Notes under the pieces: model-generated | What the model was told of the DNA's origin: nothing | Seen by the model: only the letters and a program-made list of their open reading frames with translations | Database searches by the model: none | Position numbers and translations under genes: made by a program | Shown here: positions 32,090 through 44,870 of the stretch, piece by piece | Layout of the letters: every line of letters starts with the position of its first letter | Numbering within the stretch: position 1 is the first letter of the stretch | Assembly: GCA_964036045.1 (NCBI GenBank) | Contig: OZ038379.1 | Coordinates: 24,118,001-24,182,000, forward strand | DNA: 64,000 bases | DNA from: Eutreptiella sp. 'Long Island Sound 2002' | Taxonomy: Eukaryota; Protista; Euglenida | Reading direction: 5' to 3'

Positions 32090-33911
32090 CATGGTATTAG
32101 GTATGAATCTAATCACCATTCCTACCTGTAAAAAACCCTCCAAAAAAGGGGTTTCACCAAGGTGGGAGCCGGCCCCGGGCCGAAGCGCACCGCCGCAATC
32201 TGCCGCAAGGATATGGCTAAGCAGATACGGGTCTGTAGGCAGATACTGTGGATACGAGCACGCGCGTCAAATTTCAGACCTGCAGATTCAAGCGGCGGCG
32301 GATAATTGCCGACGAGGCAACTAAACTGGCAAATTAGATGCGATTTGACTGATAAAGAGAGAGACTATACCTATGTGTTCCAATCTTCAGTGTAAACAAA
32401 ATGTAAAAATAATGTAATCTCGAATGATTGACAACTTTGAGAAGCAGCAGCCACATACGTACATACAGCAGCTTGTTGCAGCTCACAGACTAAACTCATC
32501 CCACAGGCTCTCCCCAACCTGCATCGTGCAGTTGCCACTTTGAAACTCAACCTAAAATGTTGCTAGATTGCACCATTGTCATCTCAATCTGACCCACAAT
32601 CAACCACAACACATACCTTGTGGCTGCTCACCTCAAAACCTGACTCATCACATTGCATATGTCCTGGAAGAAAGCACTACTAGCATCCAACTCTTTCGTA
32701 GTGCAGTTACCACTTTGCAATTCCAGCTGAATTGATTGTAGATGCTCACATTGTAACCTTGATCCCACCTACAATGCACTCGTAAACACACCTCTCGGCT
32801 CCTCTACTCAGGAACATATTTTATATGACCCAAAAAGAGAACAAAAAGTGTTTCTTTACCTCCAATTTTTCCCTGGCATAGTTGCTACCTTGACATTCAA
32901 GGTAAATTGACGGTTGATGCTACCTTGGTCATTTCAATCCAAATCACATTCCACCGCCAAATGCTGTGTATGGCCTCGTCAATCAAAAACAAACTACGCA
33001 ACTCACATATGACCCATCTTTTCCAAAATTTTTTCCAAAAGTTTTTCCAAAATTTTTCCAAAATTTTTTCCAAAACTTTTTCCAAAATTTTTTCCAAAAT
33101 TTTTTCCAAAATTGGCTAATAACGAAGATCAAAATATGGAAATGAGGGAAATAGATAAAAAAAGGATAGATGGACAGGAAATAGGAGGGAGAAACGGATG
33201 AAAAACAAAACTAACATGCTTTTGGTGTGCATGGATGGAATAACAGATGAACATGGATGAACATTGTTTTGAAGGGGAGGTTGTGCATGGCAAAAGAGGG
33301 GAAGGATAGTTGTCGTGTGGCCAATAACGAAGATCAAATTATGGAAATGAGGAAAATGGACAAAAAAAGGATAGATGGACAGGAAATAGGAGGGAGAAAC
33401 GGATGAAAACAAAACTAACATGCTTTTGGTGTGCATGGATGGAACAACACATGAACATGGATGAACATTGTTTTGAAGGGGAGGTTGCGCATGGGTCAAT
33501 GATGGCGAATAACCAAGATCGAAAACGGATAAAAAAAAGCATAGATGGATGGTGCATGAAACATGAGGGAGAAACGGATGAAAAACAAAACGGACATGCT
33601 TTTGGTGTACATGAACAATGGCAATGTAATAGAAATTCATCATTTACTTCACACTACTCACTTTTGCTGTGAAAATTTCACGGAAAATTGGTCTACAGAC
33701 CGCTTTTCACAGTGTTTCGAGGGACGTTTCGAGGGACTGTAGGCCTGAAATTTGACGCGCGTACTCGTATCCACAGTATCTGCCTGCGGACCCGTATCTG
33801 CTTAGCCATATCCTGCCGCAAGGTCCTCACACCCCTTGTCCACCACTGTCGGCGCGATCACCGCTCGCTGGCTTGCTAGGCCTAGCTGGCCTGGCATTCG
33901 GTAATACCATG
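32090..33911. mobile_element. ~1.8-kb non-autonomous element bounded by inverted repeats
   Basis: Terminal CATGGTATTA (32090-32099) / TAATACCATG (33902-33911), plus a ~77-bp ~90% identical inverted pair at 32209-32285 and 33737-33813. No ORF and no clear TSD. Confidence 0.6.
33020..33620. repeat. (TTTTCCAAAA)-type run (33020-33115) followed by a ~205-bp tandem duplication (33118-33290, 33323-33495, partial third copy)
   Basis: Direct comparison of AATAACGAAGATCAAA..GGATAGATGGACAGGAAATAGGAGGGAGAAACGGATGAAAA..CATGCTTTTGGTGTGCATGG blocks. Confidence 0.85.
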
Positions 33912-34029
33912 CCAATAGATCGACACAAATGTTGTTGCGACTCCAAATACCGCTCATATAGTCCAATTTCTATGCATGATGTGTCATACTGCGCAGGCAT
34001 GCATGCAGGCAGGCATGTCCAAGTTGCCT

Positions 34030-36340
34030 TAGCCCAACGAGTCCCACTTTTTCGCCCAATTTTTGCATCAACAACACTTTGTTTGCAAGCACATCCCCGT
34101 AGACCCTGGTAGAGTCCTGACCCTTGAACTGGCGAGCAAGGTTATGTTATCGCCCGCCATCGCATCAGACTACCAAAACGCCTCATGATCCCACATCCAC
34201 CCTGTGACCCGAAGGACCTGTCCTCCCTGAAAGTCCTCTTACGTGATACCCTGGTACACCTGCCCATTCCAAAAATTTTGCAAAAATATTTTCTGTCCAT
34301 CACGTCTTTTGTCGCACGGCGCTCATGCACAGTGCGCGACCTGTTGTGCACCAAAGGCACCACACTGTCCTGGCCACAATTGCAGCGCGAGGCCACAGGG
34401 CCATGCTCATGTAAGGACTGCCCCTCCTCACTTGCACGCGTGAACGGATGCGTGGCGGTGCGATCCGTGGGCGAAGTGCGGACGCTCTTACCTCGGTGGG
34501 CTCCCCTGCTCAACCAGAACCTGACCAATGCGGTCCTGGGTGATGAAGAACAGTTCCTACGTGGAGCGCGTGGAGCGGTGCAGCGCCTCCTGCGGGCGTG
34601 CCCAAACATGCCTTCCGAATGGAAACCAGTACTACAACAGCAAGTGGTGTCTGGGGTCAAGGATCTGTACCATACAGCAGTGGCTGAAACCCCCTCCTGC
34701 CTCCACAGGGACGAACTCCAGCGCGCACGCCGCGACATAGCGACACGCTTTGTGGTCCTGCCACTTGATAAAAACGGCGGCAAAGGGATGGTAATGTGCC
34801 GGCGCCTGTACGCACAGCTACTCCTGCAGCACTATGGGGATGACGCCCAGTTTGAACTCCTGCATGATGCGGAGTCTAAACAGGACGCCGACACATATGC
34901 ACAGCAGTATTTGTACACACGCGCGTGCCAGCTACAGCTACAGAAGTTTTTCAAACTTGGTCGCCGATATGGACCCCCCTCCACCTTTGTGTTGGTGAAA
35001 AACAAAAGTATGGAGAAGGAGGGAGAAGGGCTCAAGCTGCGCCTCGTGTTTTCATATTTTTCTCACCCCATGAAACAGTATGCCAAGCGCATCGGCCGTT
35101 GCCTGAATGTACTCCTGGAGGAAGCAAAGATTGCACTGCAGACGTTTGAAATGACAAAAAAAACCCTAACCCTAACGAGGTAAATGCGTGTACATCCCGC
35201 ATCAAGCTGAAAAAACCACAGGGTGAACGCACACACAGAAAAGCGTCGTTCTTCGAGTTCGACGTGAAGGAAATGTTCCCCCGCCTACGACGTGGTAACC
35301 CTGAGGCGAATTTTCAGGAACTGCACCAGGCGCTGACCAGCGGCGACCTGGCCCCTCGCTCTCTAGGGGTTTGGGAGTCTGTCAATATGATCGCCCGGCT
35401 TGTCAGGGAGGCTAAGGGGTTACGTGCATGCAATGGCGCACCTTGGTTCGGCATCGGGGAAGAACGACAGTTGGACGTGATGCGCAAAGCGTACGGGGAA
35501 CGCGCTGTCAACATACCCTGGCAGGAGGTACAGCGCTATGTACAATTTGATATTTTTCATAATGATTGCCTGGTCCTGGGTACCAGAGTACTGCGACAGA
35601 AACGGGGCGTGCCGATTGGGGGGATGTTGTCCGCTCAATTGGCGTGCCTCTACTGCATGCTCCACGAGCACTATTGGATATCCAAGGCCGGAGATGCGGT
35701 CCCCTGGGGGACGGCGACCTGGACGTCCCCACACGTATCATGCACACAGGGATACTCAGGTTTGTGGGCACCCCCTTTCCGTTTTCGCGACAACCTGGTG
35801 GGCGTGTTCGTTGGCACACGCAATATAGAGGCGCTGCGACGCCGTTTTGAAGACATCTTAGGGCTGGATCTACAGGTAGAAGGATTTGGTCCAGATTGGG
35901 TTTCACTGGAAGCGCATATGTCATTTCACCCCCACACTGCCCAAATCGGGATGCGCTTGAAGGATAAACTCGGTCTGCGAACAACACCCAACCCCCTGCC
36001 AGCCCACACGTCGCCCGCAGCACCTGCGACCCTGCTCCCCCCGCCACCTATACCCCCCCATAAACGCATCGTCCGATTTCCAGACGCACACTCCCCGAAC
36101 GTGCGGAGTGTGCTTGCCTCATTGGTCCCATCCCTGGTCAGGAAATCCATACTATATGCGTTCTGTGCGGCCGACGCCGCCAGCAATCTGGCTCTGATGG
36201 TATGTGAAATGAAACAGAAAGGTTACCAACAGTCCTGGTGGCGTCCTCTGGCCAAAAAGGTGCTGAATGCACCCCATTTTGGCGGCTGGGCGCCTTTGTG
36301 GGCAGTTTTAGCGAAGCGGTCACTGACCGCTTGCCTATGA
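34030..36340 (+). mobile_element. Penelope-like retroelement RT, frameshifted; no recognisable GIY-YIG endonuclease
   Basis: ORF 34185-35183 (CSCKDC, FVVLPLDKNGGKGMVMCRRLY, KLRLVFS) and ORF 35264-36340 (FEFDVKEMFP, QKRGVPIGGMLSAQLACLY, FRFRDNL, EMKQKGY) join by a -1 shift in the A8 run at 35156-35163. A probable additional upstream shift lies near 34185. Confidence 0.85.
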
Positions 36341-37254
36341 GTGTCATAGGGACGTGGGTGAAGTTTTTCTGTAAGGGAACACACCACCACACGTGCGTAC
36401 TTAGCATTTTGAGCTGTCACATCTTTGTTTTTGCGGACGCCGAAAACACCCATTGTGCAACCGTGTATGAACCAAAAGTATAGCATAGTGCACGTCGTGG
36501 CTTCAGTCATTGGTGTCACTTACGAGATACGACGGACGTACTTGTTGTTGCACAGTTGTTATTGGCAATTTCTTATGCATGCTCCGCCGTGCCCGTAAGC
36601 CCAATTGACAAGTGCTCCGTAAATCCGTGACAGTTTATTTGCAAACATTAAGTTCAACCACAAAGATATTACTCCATTGCTCTTTTTTCCCCCCTTAGTG
36701 ACAAAAATCGCAAATCAAGCCTTCGGGGAAAGGGCAGCCCATCGCTAGGGATATTGCCAAGGGGCTGCGTTGATCTACTTTTGTGGATTCGGTGAGGTGT
36801 GATTGAGAAGAATCGCCGCGGTGTAGGCAACCATAAGGGACGCACGCTGGAGCAGTAGCCACCTTGGTGGTGCTTTCATGTAGACGTCAAATTGGAAGGT
36901 CACCGGCGCTTCGTCAAGGTTGTCGGAGGGCTGAGAGTCCCATTTGCGCATAGTCCATTTGATGCCCTAGGGGTGCACATCTCAAGGTCCATTCTCATGT
37001 TATCCAGGTTATTCTGCATGGTTGCAAATCGGGGCCGTAACACCAAAGCACGCTTGGTGGGACTAAAAGATGAATTGCTTGACCCTTTGTCCAAGATAGC
37101 GAATTGCCTTGACCGCAAGCACATGAAGATTAGAATTGGTAAACGGAGGACGAGTTTGCTGCAGTTTTCCATTTTCCAAAGTGCCTTCGAATCAAATTAT
37201 CATTCAACGTCATGCGATGAACATGGCCAACACAATCCATCTTTATCCGCCGAA

Positions 37255-37348
37255 ATGTTGTTACTACTAGAGGCTGTAGTCGCGGACAACGAAGAAGTTG
37301 ACCGTGCAGTTGGTGCACTCGTGGGGAATGCTTTGGGCGATTCTCTAG
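37255..37348 (+). CDS. ADP-ribosylglycohydrolase (ARH/DraG family) exon 1
   Basis: VDRAVGALVGNALGDSL-G|GTATGG. The start given is the nearest in-frame ATG; the frame is open back to 36892, so the true start is uncertain. Confidence 0.8.
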
Positions 37349-37715
37349 GTATGGACCTTAGGATGCGCCCGAAAAAGTCTCGACAATTATGCCTCTCGCG
37401 TCCTTGTTTGCATAATCAACAATCCTCCTCTTCGTCATTTGCCCTTGAAACCCCTGCTACATCGAATCTTTTTGTCCCATCCCCGCCCCCCCCGGGTGTA
37501 CACGCACCAGCAAAGGGCCTTTTAAAAGACCTACCACTCTCGGAAAACCATTTATAAGAACCACTTTCGAAAGTACACTTTATGAGCCCCACCGAAAGTA
37601 CACTTTATGAGTCACACACAATTCCGACAAATAGATCTCGGATTGACATTAGTGCCAAAGCCCAAGGCGAACACTTCGCGCCAAGGCACGATCTCGCTCA
37701 CTTGCTTCAAAAGCA

Positions 37716-37862
37716 TCAACCACGACAACCTGTCAAGTGTGCAAGTGGCTCCCAAGAGTCATCTTCTTGCCCACAACCCTTCCATCGCACCAAATACAAT
37801 TGGTTGCCACGATGAGGTTTCTTGGAAACTATCCTCTCTGTCTCAAACTCCTCCTCTTCCTC
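37716..37862 (-). pseudogene. Chromodomain fragment, antisense within ARH intron 1
   Basis: EEEEEFETERIVSKKPHRGNQLYLVRWKGCGQEDDSWEPLAHL is a textbook chromodomain pattern; the cage Tyr is replaced by Cys (TAT>TGT). Confidence 0.75.
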
Positions 37863-38686
37863 ACCGCCCATCCCACCATCATCACTCGCCCACTTGTTTT
37901 CGTGAGTTAGAACACAGGTCACATCAGGGCCCGGAACTACAAGAGGAGAGACCCACTTGGAAAAGTACACTCTAAGAGACCTAGGGCTTTGGCTCCGGGT
38001 CAAAAAAATAAGAGACCCGGGTCTACTGTCACGGGGGGACATGCGCACACACGCAAAGGTGCAATGGATACTAGGCAGATGAGGATGGATGTGGACCGTA
38101 GCTTGTTGAGGACCTGCGGGTGCTGAATGGTTGCACGGCATACCATTCTTGGACGCCAAGTGGGGCATATCAAACACAATTCTTTGGTGGTAAGAAAACA
38201 GGTCACAGTGCGCTCCGTATCAAAGAAGTATGAGACCCACTTTCAAAAAGACCACTTAATAAGACCCAATCCCTCGGGTTTGGGACAAAAAATTAGAAAA
38301 CCCAGGTCTACAGTTGGGGGGGGGGGGGTATGCATGAGTGATGGTGCCACTTGCTTTGTGACTCTGAGTTGGTGACTTTGGTATTTTACACCTTAAGAGA
38401 CCTGTAGAGGCATGTGGCGTTAGGAGCAATCCCCTAAGTTGTCAGTTCCTCGAGCCATCTTTGTCCACTTTCCTCATGAAGTTGGCAAAATACGTTTTCG
38501 GCGTGATTATTTAGAGGCCTTCGTCGCTATTCCACAGCGATCAATGATCATCATTAGGATTCGAACGAAATTTACAAGCGAAATTTTCAAGGTAATTTTC
38601 AACGAAATTTTCAACGAAATTTAAGTTTATCTTTCAAACGAAAATTTCAATGAAAATTTGCCGTTCCTTCTTTTTTTATAGACAAC

Positions 38687-39100
38687 ATGAAAAACAAGAA
38701 CTTGAGCACCTGGGGACACTTTACTGTAGTGGAGTACATGGGGGAGTTGGGGTGGGAGGGGTGTGCTGACGAGGAGATCCTGCTGTGCAGTTGTGGGTTG
38801 AGCCCCCCCACCCCCGGTAGCCCCCGCAGCACCTCCCCAGCAAAGCCCCCCCCCCCCGCCGAGAAACCCAAACCCCCTGCCCTGCCCCCCCCCCAAACCC
38901 ACGCAACCCCAAAAGCCCTCCATGCTTCCTCTCCAGCAGCTGCATTGGGCAAGGTTGTGGCTTGTCTTCCAGCCAGCCAAGCCCCGACGGAGCGAGTGTT
39001 TAGCTCAGCCGACTGGCAATGTGCTAATCGGGAGCGCCTGAGTTTTTCCATGTTGGCAACTTGGCATTGGAGTTTTTCCATCTTGGCAAGTCTTCATTCG
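38687..39100 (+). mobile_element. hAT transposase C-terminal dimerisation-domain remnant
   Basis: LGKVVACLPASQAPTERVFSSADWQCANRERL (38945-39040) matches P-A-S-x-A-x-x-E-R-x-F-S...R-x-R-L. Flanked by GAAATTTTCA-type repeats (38560-38660, 39290-39390). Confidence 0.65.
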
Positions 39101-39776
39101 TGTCAACTACATGAAGTTGTGCCACGCATGAGTATATCATTGCCATTGGCATCCATCATATTGTTTGTGGACTTCGGCATTCCAATTGTGATGCGTCCAT
39201 CAATGTCTTTCATCAAGGGCTTGGTTATAGGTGCCAGGATTCAGTGCTATGATGTTATAGAACCTCCGCCTTCCCATTGGGACCATAAATTTCATAATTT
39301 TCATACTTTTCAAAAAAATCGAAAATTTCACGAAATTTTCACGTTATATTTCACGTGAAATTTAAAATCCTCATTTTTCACGAAAATTTTAAATCCTAAT
39401 CATCATTTCCAAAACTAGGCCCGCCTCCACCCCTAGCTACCCTCAAGGTGACGAAGCGGAGGGGAGGGCTTGCAAAATTATTGCTCTTTATTGCTCTTTA
39501 TTGCTCTTTTCACAACGAAGGAAACCATGCACGTAATTGTTGCCATTACTTACTTAAGCCGTTGCGACTTGCACCTAACGTGGGACCACAAAGGAGGGTT
39601 GTATTGAAAAGAAATTGAAAATGTGATTTTCACAAATGTGTGATCTTTTCAACGAACGGTCCAACTTCACGTCGCTTTATTATTTTAAATTTCTCGATGT
39701 GTATTGTTCGTCGTTTGTAGTGTTGGGCTTGTTCCGGTCGGTGGGGGGGAGGGGGTGGGGGTGGGGGGGGGGGACT

Positions 39777-39870
39777 CTAGCCATCCAGCCACCCAGCCGC
39801 CCAGCCACGCAGCCACCTAGCCAACCGCCCAGCCACCCAGCCACCCAGCCACCTAGCCACCTAGCCACCA
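39777..39870. repeat. 8-bp tandem repeat (CCAGCCAC/CTAGCCAC)n
   Basis: Directly visible. Confidence 0.85.
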
Positions 39871-40639
39871 TATTGTGTTGGGCCTTGCATTTTGCCTGCT
39901 CTCAAGATGACATGACGATGATGATGTGTCCAACACAAAATTTTTTTTCAACGGAAAACCTTTTGTTCAACACAACAATTTCGCGTTGAAAAATTTTTTT
40001 CAACACAACAATTTTTGTGCTCCAAAATTTTGTGTTCAAAAATTTTGTGTTGAAAATCTTTGTGTTGAAAAAAAAATTTTGTGTTGAATTTTTTTTGTGT
40101 TGAAGTATGCCACATTGTGTGTCTTCAGCTGCACATGATTCAGAAGTTGAGCATGGGAGGGAGGGGGCGTCATTTTGCACTTCAAAAGAGGCCACACAAC
40201 CTGGTTGCCCCAAATGCACTGGCATACATAGCCACTAGCCAAAAGGGGATGGCTTGCACCCCTAGGGACCCCAAGTGTGGCCGTTTTTTCTTCATTTTCC
40301 TTGATTTTGGCCATACCCCCCCCCCCCCCCAGCCATTTTTGGCTAGCCGCAGCCAGCCAAGGGGGGGGGGAGGGGGGGGTCAACCAACCCAGCCGCGGCT
40401 AGCCCCGGCTTGGAACACCCCCGTTGTGACCTAGGCGTGTTCATTGTTAGGTCCTCATGATGCAATATTTGTTTTGTTTCGCACCACTTTTGGCGTTTGT
40501 GCAAGGGTGTCTGGTCTTAGTCGTGTCTTGTGTATGATGTCTCTTGTCTTCGGTTCCCGATTCGAAAGGACATGAAGACGCCAAAATCTTCAGCTACGAC
40601 ACCACGGTGGTGGCGAGCTCTCCCACACTCGCTTCGCAG

Positions 40640-40895
40640 GTCATCCCCTTGAATTCATGCCCGTGGATGATACTTTGCCTCCCTTCGACGCTGCTAGACC
40701 CCACTTGGACCCCCAAGAAATAACGTGCGATGGTCGACCCTTGTATCACGAGGACAAGAATACATTTGCGTTGAAGCCGGGGCAATGGACGGACGACTTT
40801 TCCATGGCGTTATGCTTGGCGGACTCGCTCCTCGTTCATCATTATTACAACGGGGCGGATGCTAGGATTCGGTGGTATAGTTGGTGGAACAACGG
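40640..40895 (+). CDS. ADP-ribosylglycohydrolase exon 2
   Basis: CGCAG|GT CAT...AAC GG|GTGTG. Encodes GHPLEF...PGQWTDDFSMALCLADSL...WWNNG with the TDD Mg-binding motif; phases match exons 1 and 3. Confidence 0.92.
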
Positions 40896-42144
40896 GTGTG
40901 TCGGAGCCGCGCTTGCCGCCTCGCCCATGATACCATGCCTCCACCCAACGAGACGCTCGTCGATGGAGGAAATCAATTGGGACGTTGAACTTCCCCCTAC
41001 ACTTGTCGAACATGCCTTGCCGGGGATATTTGATCGTTGTGAGGTATCACAAAAAATCGGTTCAGAATTTTCGATTTTTGAGCTATTCAAGGATACAACA
41101 ATTTTGGAATTATTATCAGTGCAAACGTCAAATGGCCGTGAAATGGGACCATAGCCCCCGGGGTCATTGTGTAGTTGTTGTACCATCGGATGAGATGAGC
41201 GAAGCAGCGGCGGTGACATTCCTTGACCGTGACGTACCCCGGCAGCCAAGGCATTTGACAAAGAGGCAGGCGCATGTAGTGCATATCACGTTATTCTCTT
41301 CTTGAGGAACAAAGCCTCCTTGGACCTCCCGTGATCGCAAGGGGCAACTTTCGTGTTCGCGATGATGGGAAGTTCAAGCCCTCTTTGTTCCTTTTCAGCC
41401 GGGTGCTGTGCGGGCATTTACGACCCGTTTCACGACGCAGGCACGCGCACAAAGCGCCTCCAACCTTGAATACGAACACGCGAGGAAGTTGGGGGAAGGG
41501 GGCCGCGGCGGCTGGGGGTCAGGGACGGGATCGAACGAGCCCGGAAAAGGATGAAAGAGGCCTCCCCACGGTGTCAATCGCGCCCGGTTGCTGATGTTGT
41601 CAATGGCAAACCCCCAATTGCCGTGTTTCCGGAAACGTCGCCCAACCTACGGTATCGAAGGAAAGTTTCCGCCCCCTATCTCAAGCCCCCAACCCTCTCT
41701 ACCCACCACCCACCCACTCTGTCGCGCGCGCCACCACCTACCCATTCACCAAGCACCCAGCCAGCCACCCACCGTGATGCCTGCGACACTACTATTCAAA
41801 ACAATTCTATTTGGTAAAGGGAATGTGATCAGGGAATGGTGGGAGTGTGTTGGAGTAAACAGTCCCCGATGAATATCATGAGGGGATTGAGGGAGGAGGG
41901 ATCCCCAATGTTCACAATGGGTTTTTTTGCTTTTGCTTGGAGTTGCACAGCTTTAACAAGAATAGCAAGTTAACTGCATTCACCCACCCACCGTGTCGCC
42001 CGCGCCACTACCTACCGACCCAGCCACTCATCCACCGGATCGCGTGCGCCTCCACCTCCGTCCCATCATCCACCGTGTCGCCCACGCCACCACCCACGCA
42101 CCCACGCACCACCCTCCCTTCACCCGTTGCTCCACGGTCTGCAG

Positions 42145-42494
42145 CTACAACAACGGATTCCGGTTTGATGCAAAGAGAGCGGCATGGGAACTGGGGGCTG
42201 GCTCTGTCGGTCTGGGTGGCAACATTAGCAAGTCGTTGTATTCAGTCGAGGCATATTACGGCAAAGAGCACGCAGTGCCTGCTTTCTATGAGGGGACCGG
42301 GGAGGACGCGGGGAACGGGTCTATCATGCGGCTCTCCCCCATCCCTGTGATGTTCCACGCCGATGTGAAGCAGGCCGAGGAGGAGGCAGTGAATCAGAGT
42401 CGGGGAACGCATCCCGGGAACGACGCCGCGGCGAGCTGCCAGTTTATGACGTATTTTATGATCCGGGCCATCAAGGAGGGGCTGCCGAAGGCAG
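42145..42494 (+). CDS. ADP-ribosylglycohydrolase exon 3
   Basis: TGCAG|C TAC...GCA G|GTGTGC. Encodes YNNGFRF...SVGLGGNISKSL...DAGNGSIMRLSPIP...SRGTHPG with the GNGxxMR and TH motifs. Confidence 0.92.
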
Positions 42495-44655
42495 GTGTGC
42501 GGTCACGGCATTGCGTTCCAAATGTCCGCCGTCGGAGGGTTACGTGGGAGGCACGGTGGAGTGCACCAAGCCGGATGCTGTGGTAGACGTCAAATCATCG
42601 GATGTGCACCCAATGCACCAAAAGAACTTCTATCTGTGCTACACGGGGGTGGGGGTGGGGGAAGGATGCGGGAGGAGGTTGGCTGGGGAGGCTGGGGAAA
42701 GTTTTGTTTTTCAAGCAGGTGCCGAAATTTCACCCGATAATTTGTGCGCACAAGGGCAGGGGATTACGAGGTATTACAAGGAGCTATTCAGGCCGGTTTA
42801 TTGCACATCATGAGGAATTCCACAACGTGAGGGTGTGTGATTGTGCGCTTTCATGTTGCAGGTTTGTACCATGGTTTAAAGGCCCATTTCACAGCCGCTC
42901 TCCACCACTGTTGGGCGATGCAGAATTTGTCCCTACCGACCCCCCCCCCCCGCGCGCGCGCCTCTGCATCTTCGTTGCTTCAGGGTGGAGGTTCACCCCC
43001 GGCCTTCACACATTCAATCCTTCACACATCCCAGCACAAACCTGTTCCTTTGGGCTGCAGACTGTGTTGCACATGTCGAAGACTGATTTGGATAGTTATT
43101 GGGGCCGAATAACGGGTCTGAAGACTTGAACCGCTTCATTTCAGTGACGCTACTCTACACTGGCGTGTTTTATTGACTACACATCTCGCCACGGATTGGC
43201 GGGGTACCGCAGACCGGAACCCAAAATGTGGGGTTTGCTTTTGGAGAAGCAAAAAGAAGAGGAGAGGACCCCGTGACTGTGCAAGAAGGATCAGTGCATT
43301 CCCTCGCATCCCGTTCCATATTGAATGCCAGCAACACCACAAATGCTGGGGTCCTGCTGGTTTCCCCTGATTTCTCAGTACCTGCTCAAGGGTTTTCCAT
43401 TTTCAAAGTACACGCGCACGCATACACACGAACACACACACAGAGCGGTGCCTGCCCTCCCATGGAAGGACCATAGGAGGCTCAGCACCGAGGAAGCCCT
43501 CATCATCCCCCGGAGATCCTTGGACGTATTTCTAGAGGGGCTTGCGAGATATTTGGGCACCATTCCAGCGGGTCTAGAGAGCGCGACGCAAAAAGCCAAC
43601 ATAAATCAGCACTTCTGCCTCAAATCTGTCCTACTTTTGAACGAGCAATGCGGAAACCGTTTTGCCAAAAAACAAGCCGGTCCAACGGGCCCCCTCTTTG
43701 GACAAAGCTCCTGCTTGCTCCAGGCAGGGCTGCACGTTGTGTCCTCTTGCCCTTCATGTCTTTGGATGCTACTCCAGGGACCCCCCCCCCCACAAGGTCC
43801 ACTCTGCTTCACCAAGGTTTTGCTTGCGTTTTCATTCCGACAAAAGGGGGGCTCCCCACGAAACCCCTCCCTCCCTCTCATGGACACCCTCTCCCCCTCC
43901 GCTCTAATCGGCCGAAAACCTGGGTGTGCCAGACATTTTTCAGTGGCTGGGAAATTTTGTGCGTTGCGCCTTTGCTACATGTCAAAGGGTGTTGTTTTGC
44001 TGACGTCCCAGTCCATGTCTCAGCACTCATTGGCCACGTATTTTGGCTCCCCGGTCCACGGTCCAGGCCCAACGTGAACACCTACTTGATGCGATATTTT
44101 ATGTTCGGGATAAAGATTGACTCACCAGACCCTCTGACCCTGAATCATTACCTGACATCAATTTGGTTTTGTTTGATGCCTCGAACGCAGGAAGAGATTC
44201 AGATTCCTGCTCCGCTCCCTTCAGTCACACATTCGGATGAGGTTGGTGACGGTGATTCCAATTCTGGTGAATCCGATTCAGATTGAGCAATTTTGACGAC
44301 CCCATGGATGGACAGTGATGGGACTAGCAATGGGCAATCTCCTGCTTTCTTGTGTGTTGTTGTGTGCTGGTGGGATCAGGGCACCCTGAAGTGACCTAGA
44401 ATGGTGATGTTGCGGGAATACACTGACACCTCCATGTGGGGGCGGGGGGATTCTCCAGATTTTCTATTTCTCGGGAATTTCGGCAGGGGTGGGGGCAGCC
44501 CCCCGCTCTCCCCTGGCCCCTCTCGCCCCCTCCCTCCTCCGCTCGCGAGCAAGTCCCTTATGCCCCCTCATTCGTTTCTCCCTTCCGCACACTCTTTTCC
44601 CTTTGTCTGCAATCCCCTCCTGAGCCCTCCGCCCCCCGCTCCTGCCCCCTCCCAG

Positions 44656-44870
44656 GCGACGTTCCCATGGGCCTGACCCCAACGCAGCATTTCGTCAACG
44701 AATGCATTGCGAAGTTTCGAGCGGAACACGACATGGCCTCGAACAGCGGCCTTCAGAAGCTGGAACGATTGCTGCAGTCCGCTGAGGCCCCGAAGTCCAA
44801 AGAGGTTTGCTGGAACTGGAGGCAAGAGCAGCTGCCGATCCTGAAGGCCATCAAGAACCGCCGTTTGGAG
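44656..44870 (+). CDS. ADP-ribosylglycohydrolase exon 4
   Basis: CCCAG|GC GAC...TTG GAG|GCATGT (GC donor). Encodes LERLLQSAEAPKSKEVCWNWRQEQLPILKAIKNRRLE; phase consistent with exons 3 and 5. Confidence 0.8.
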
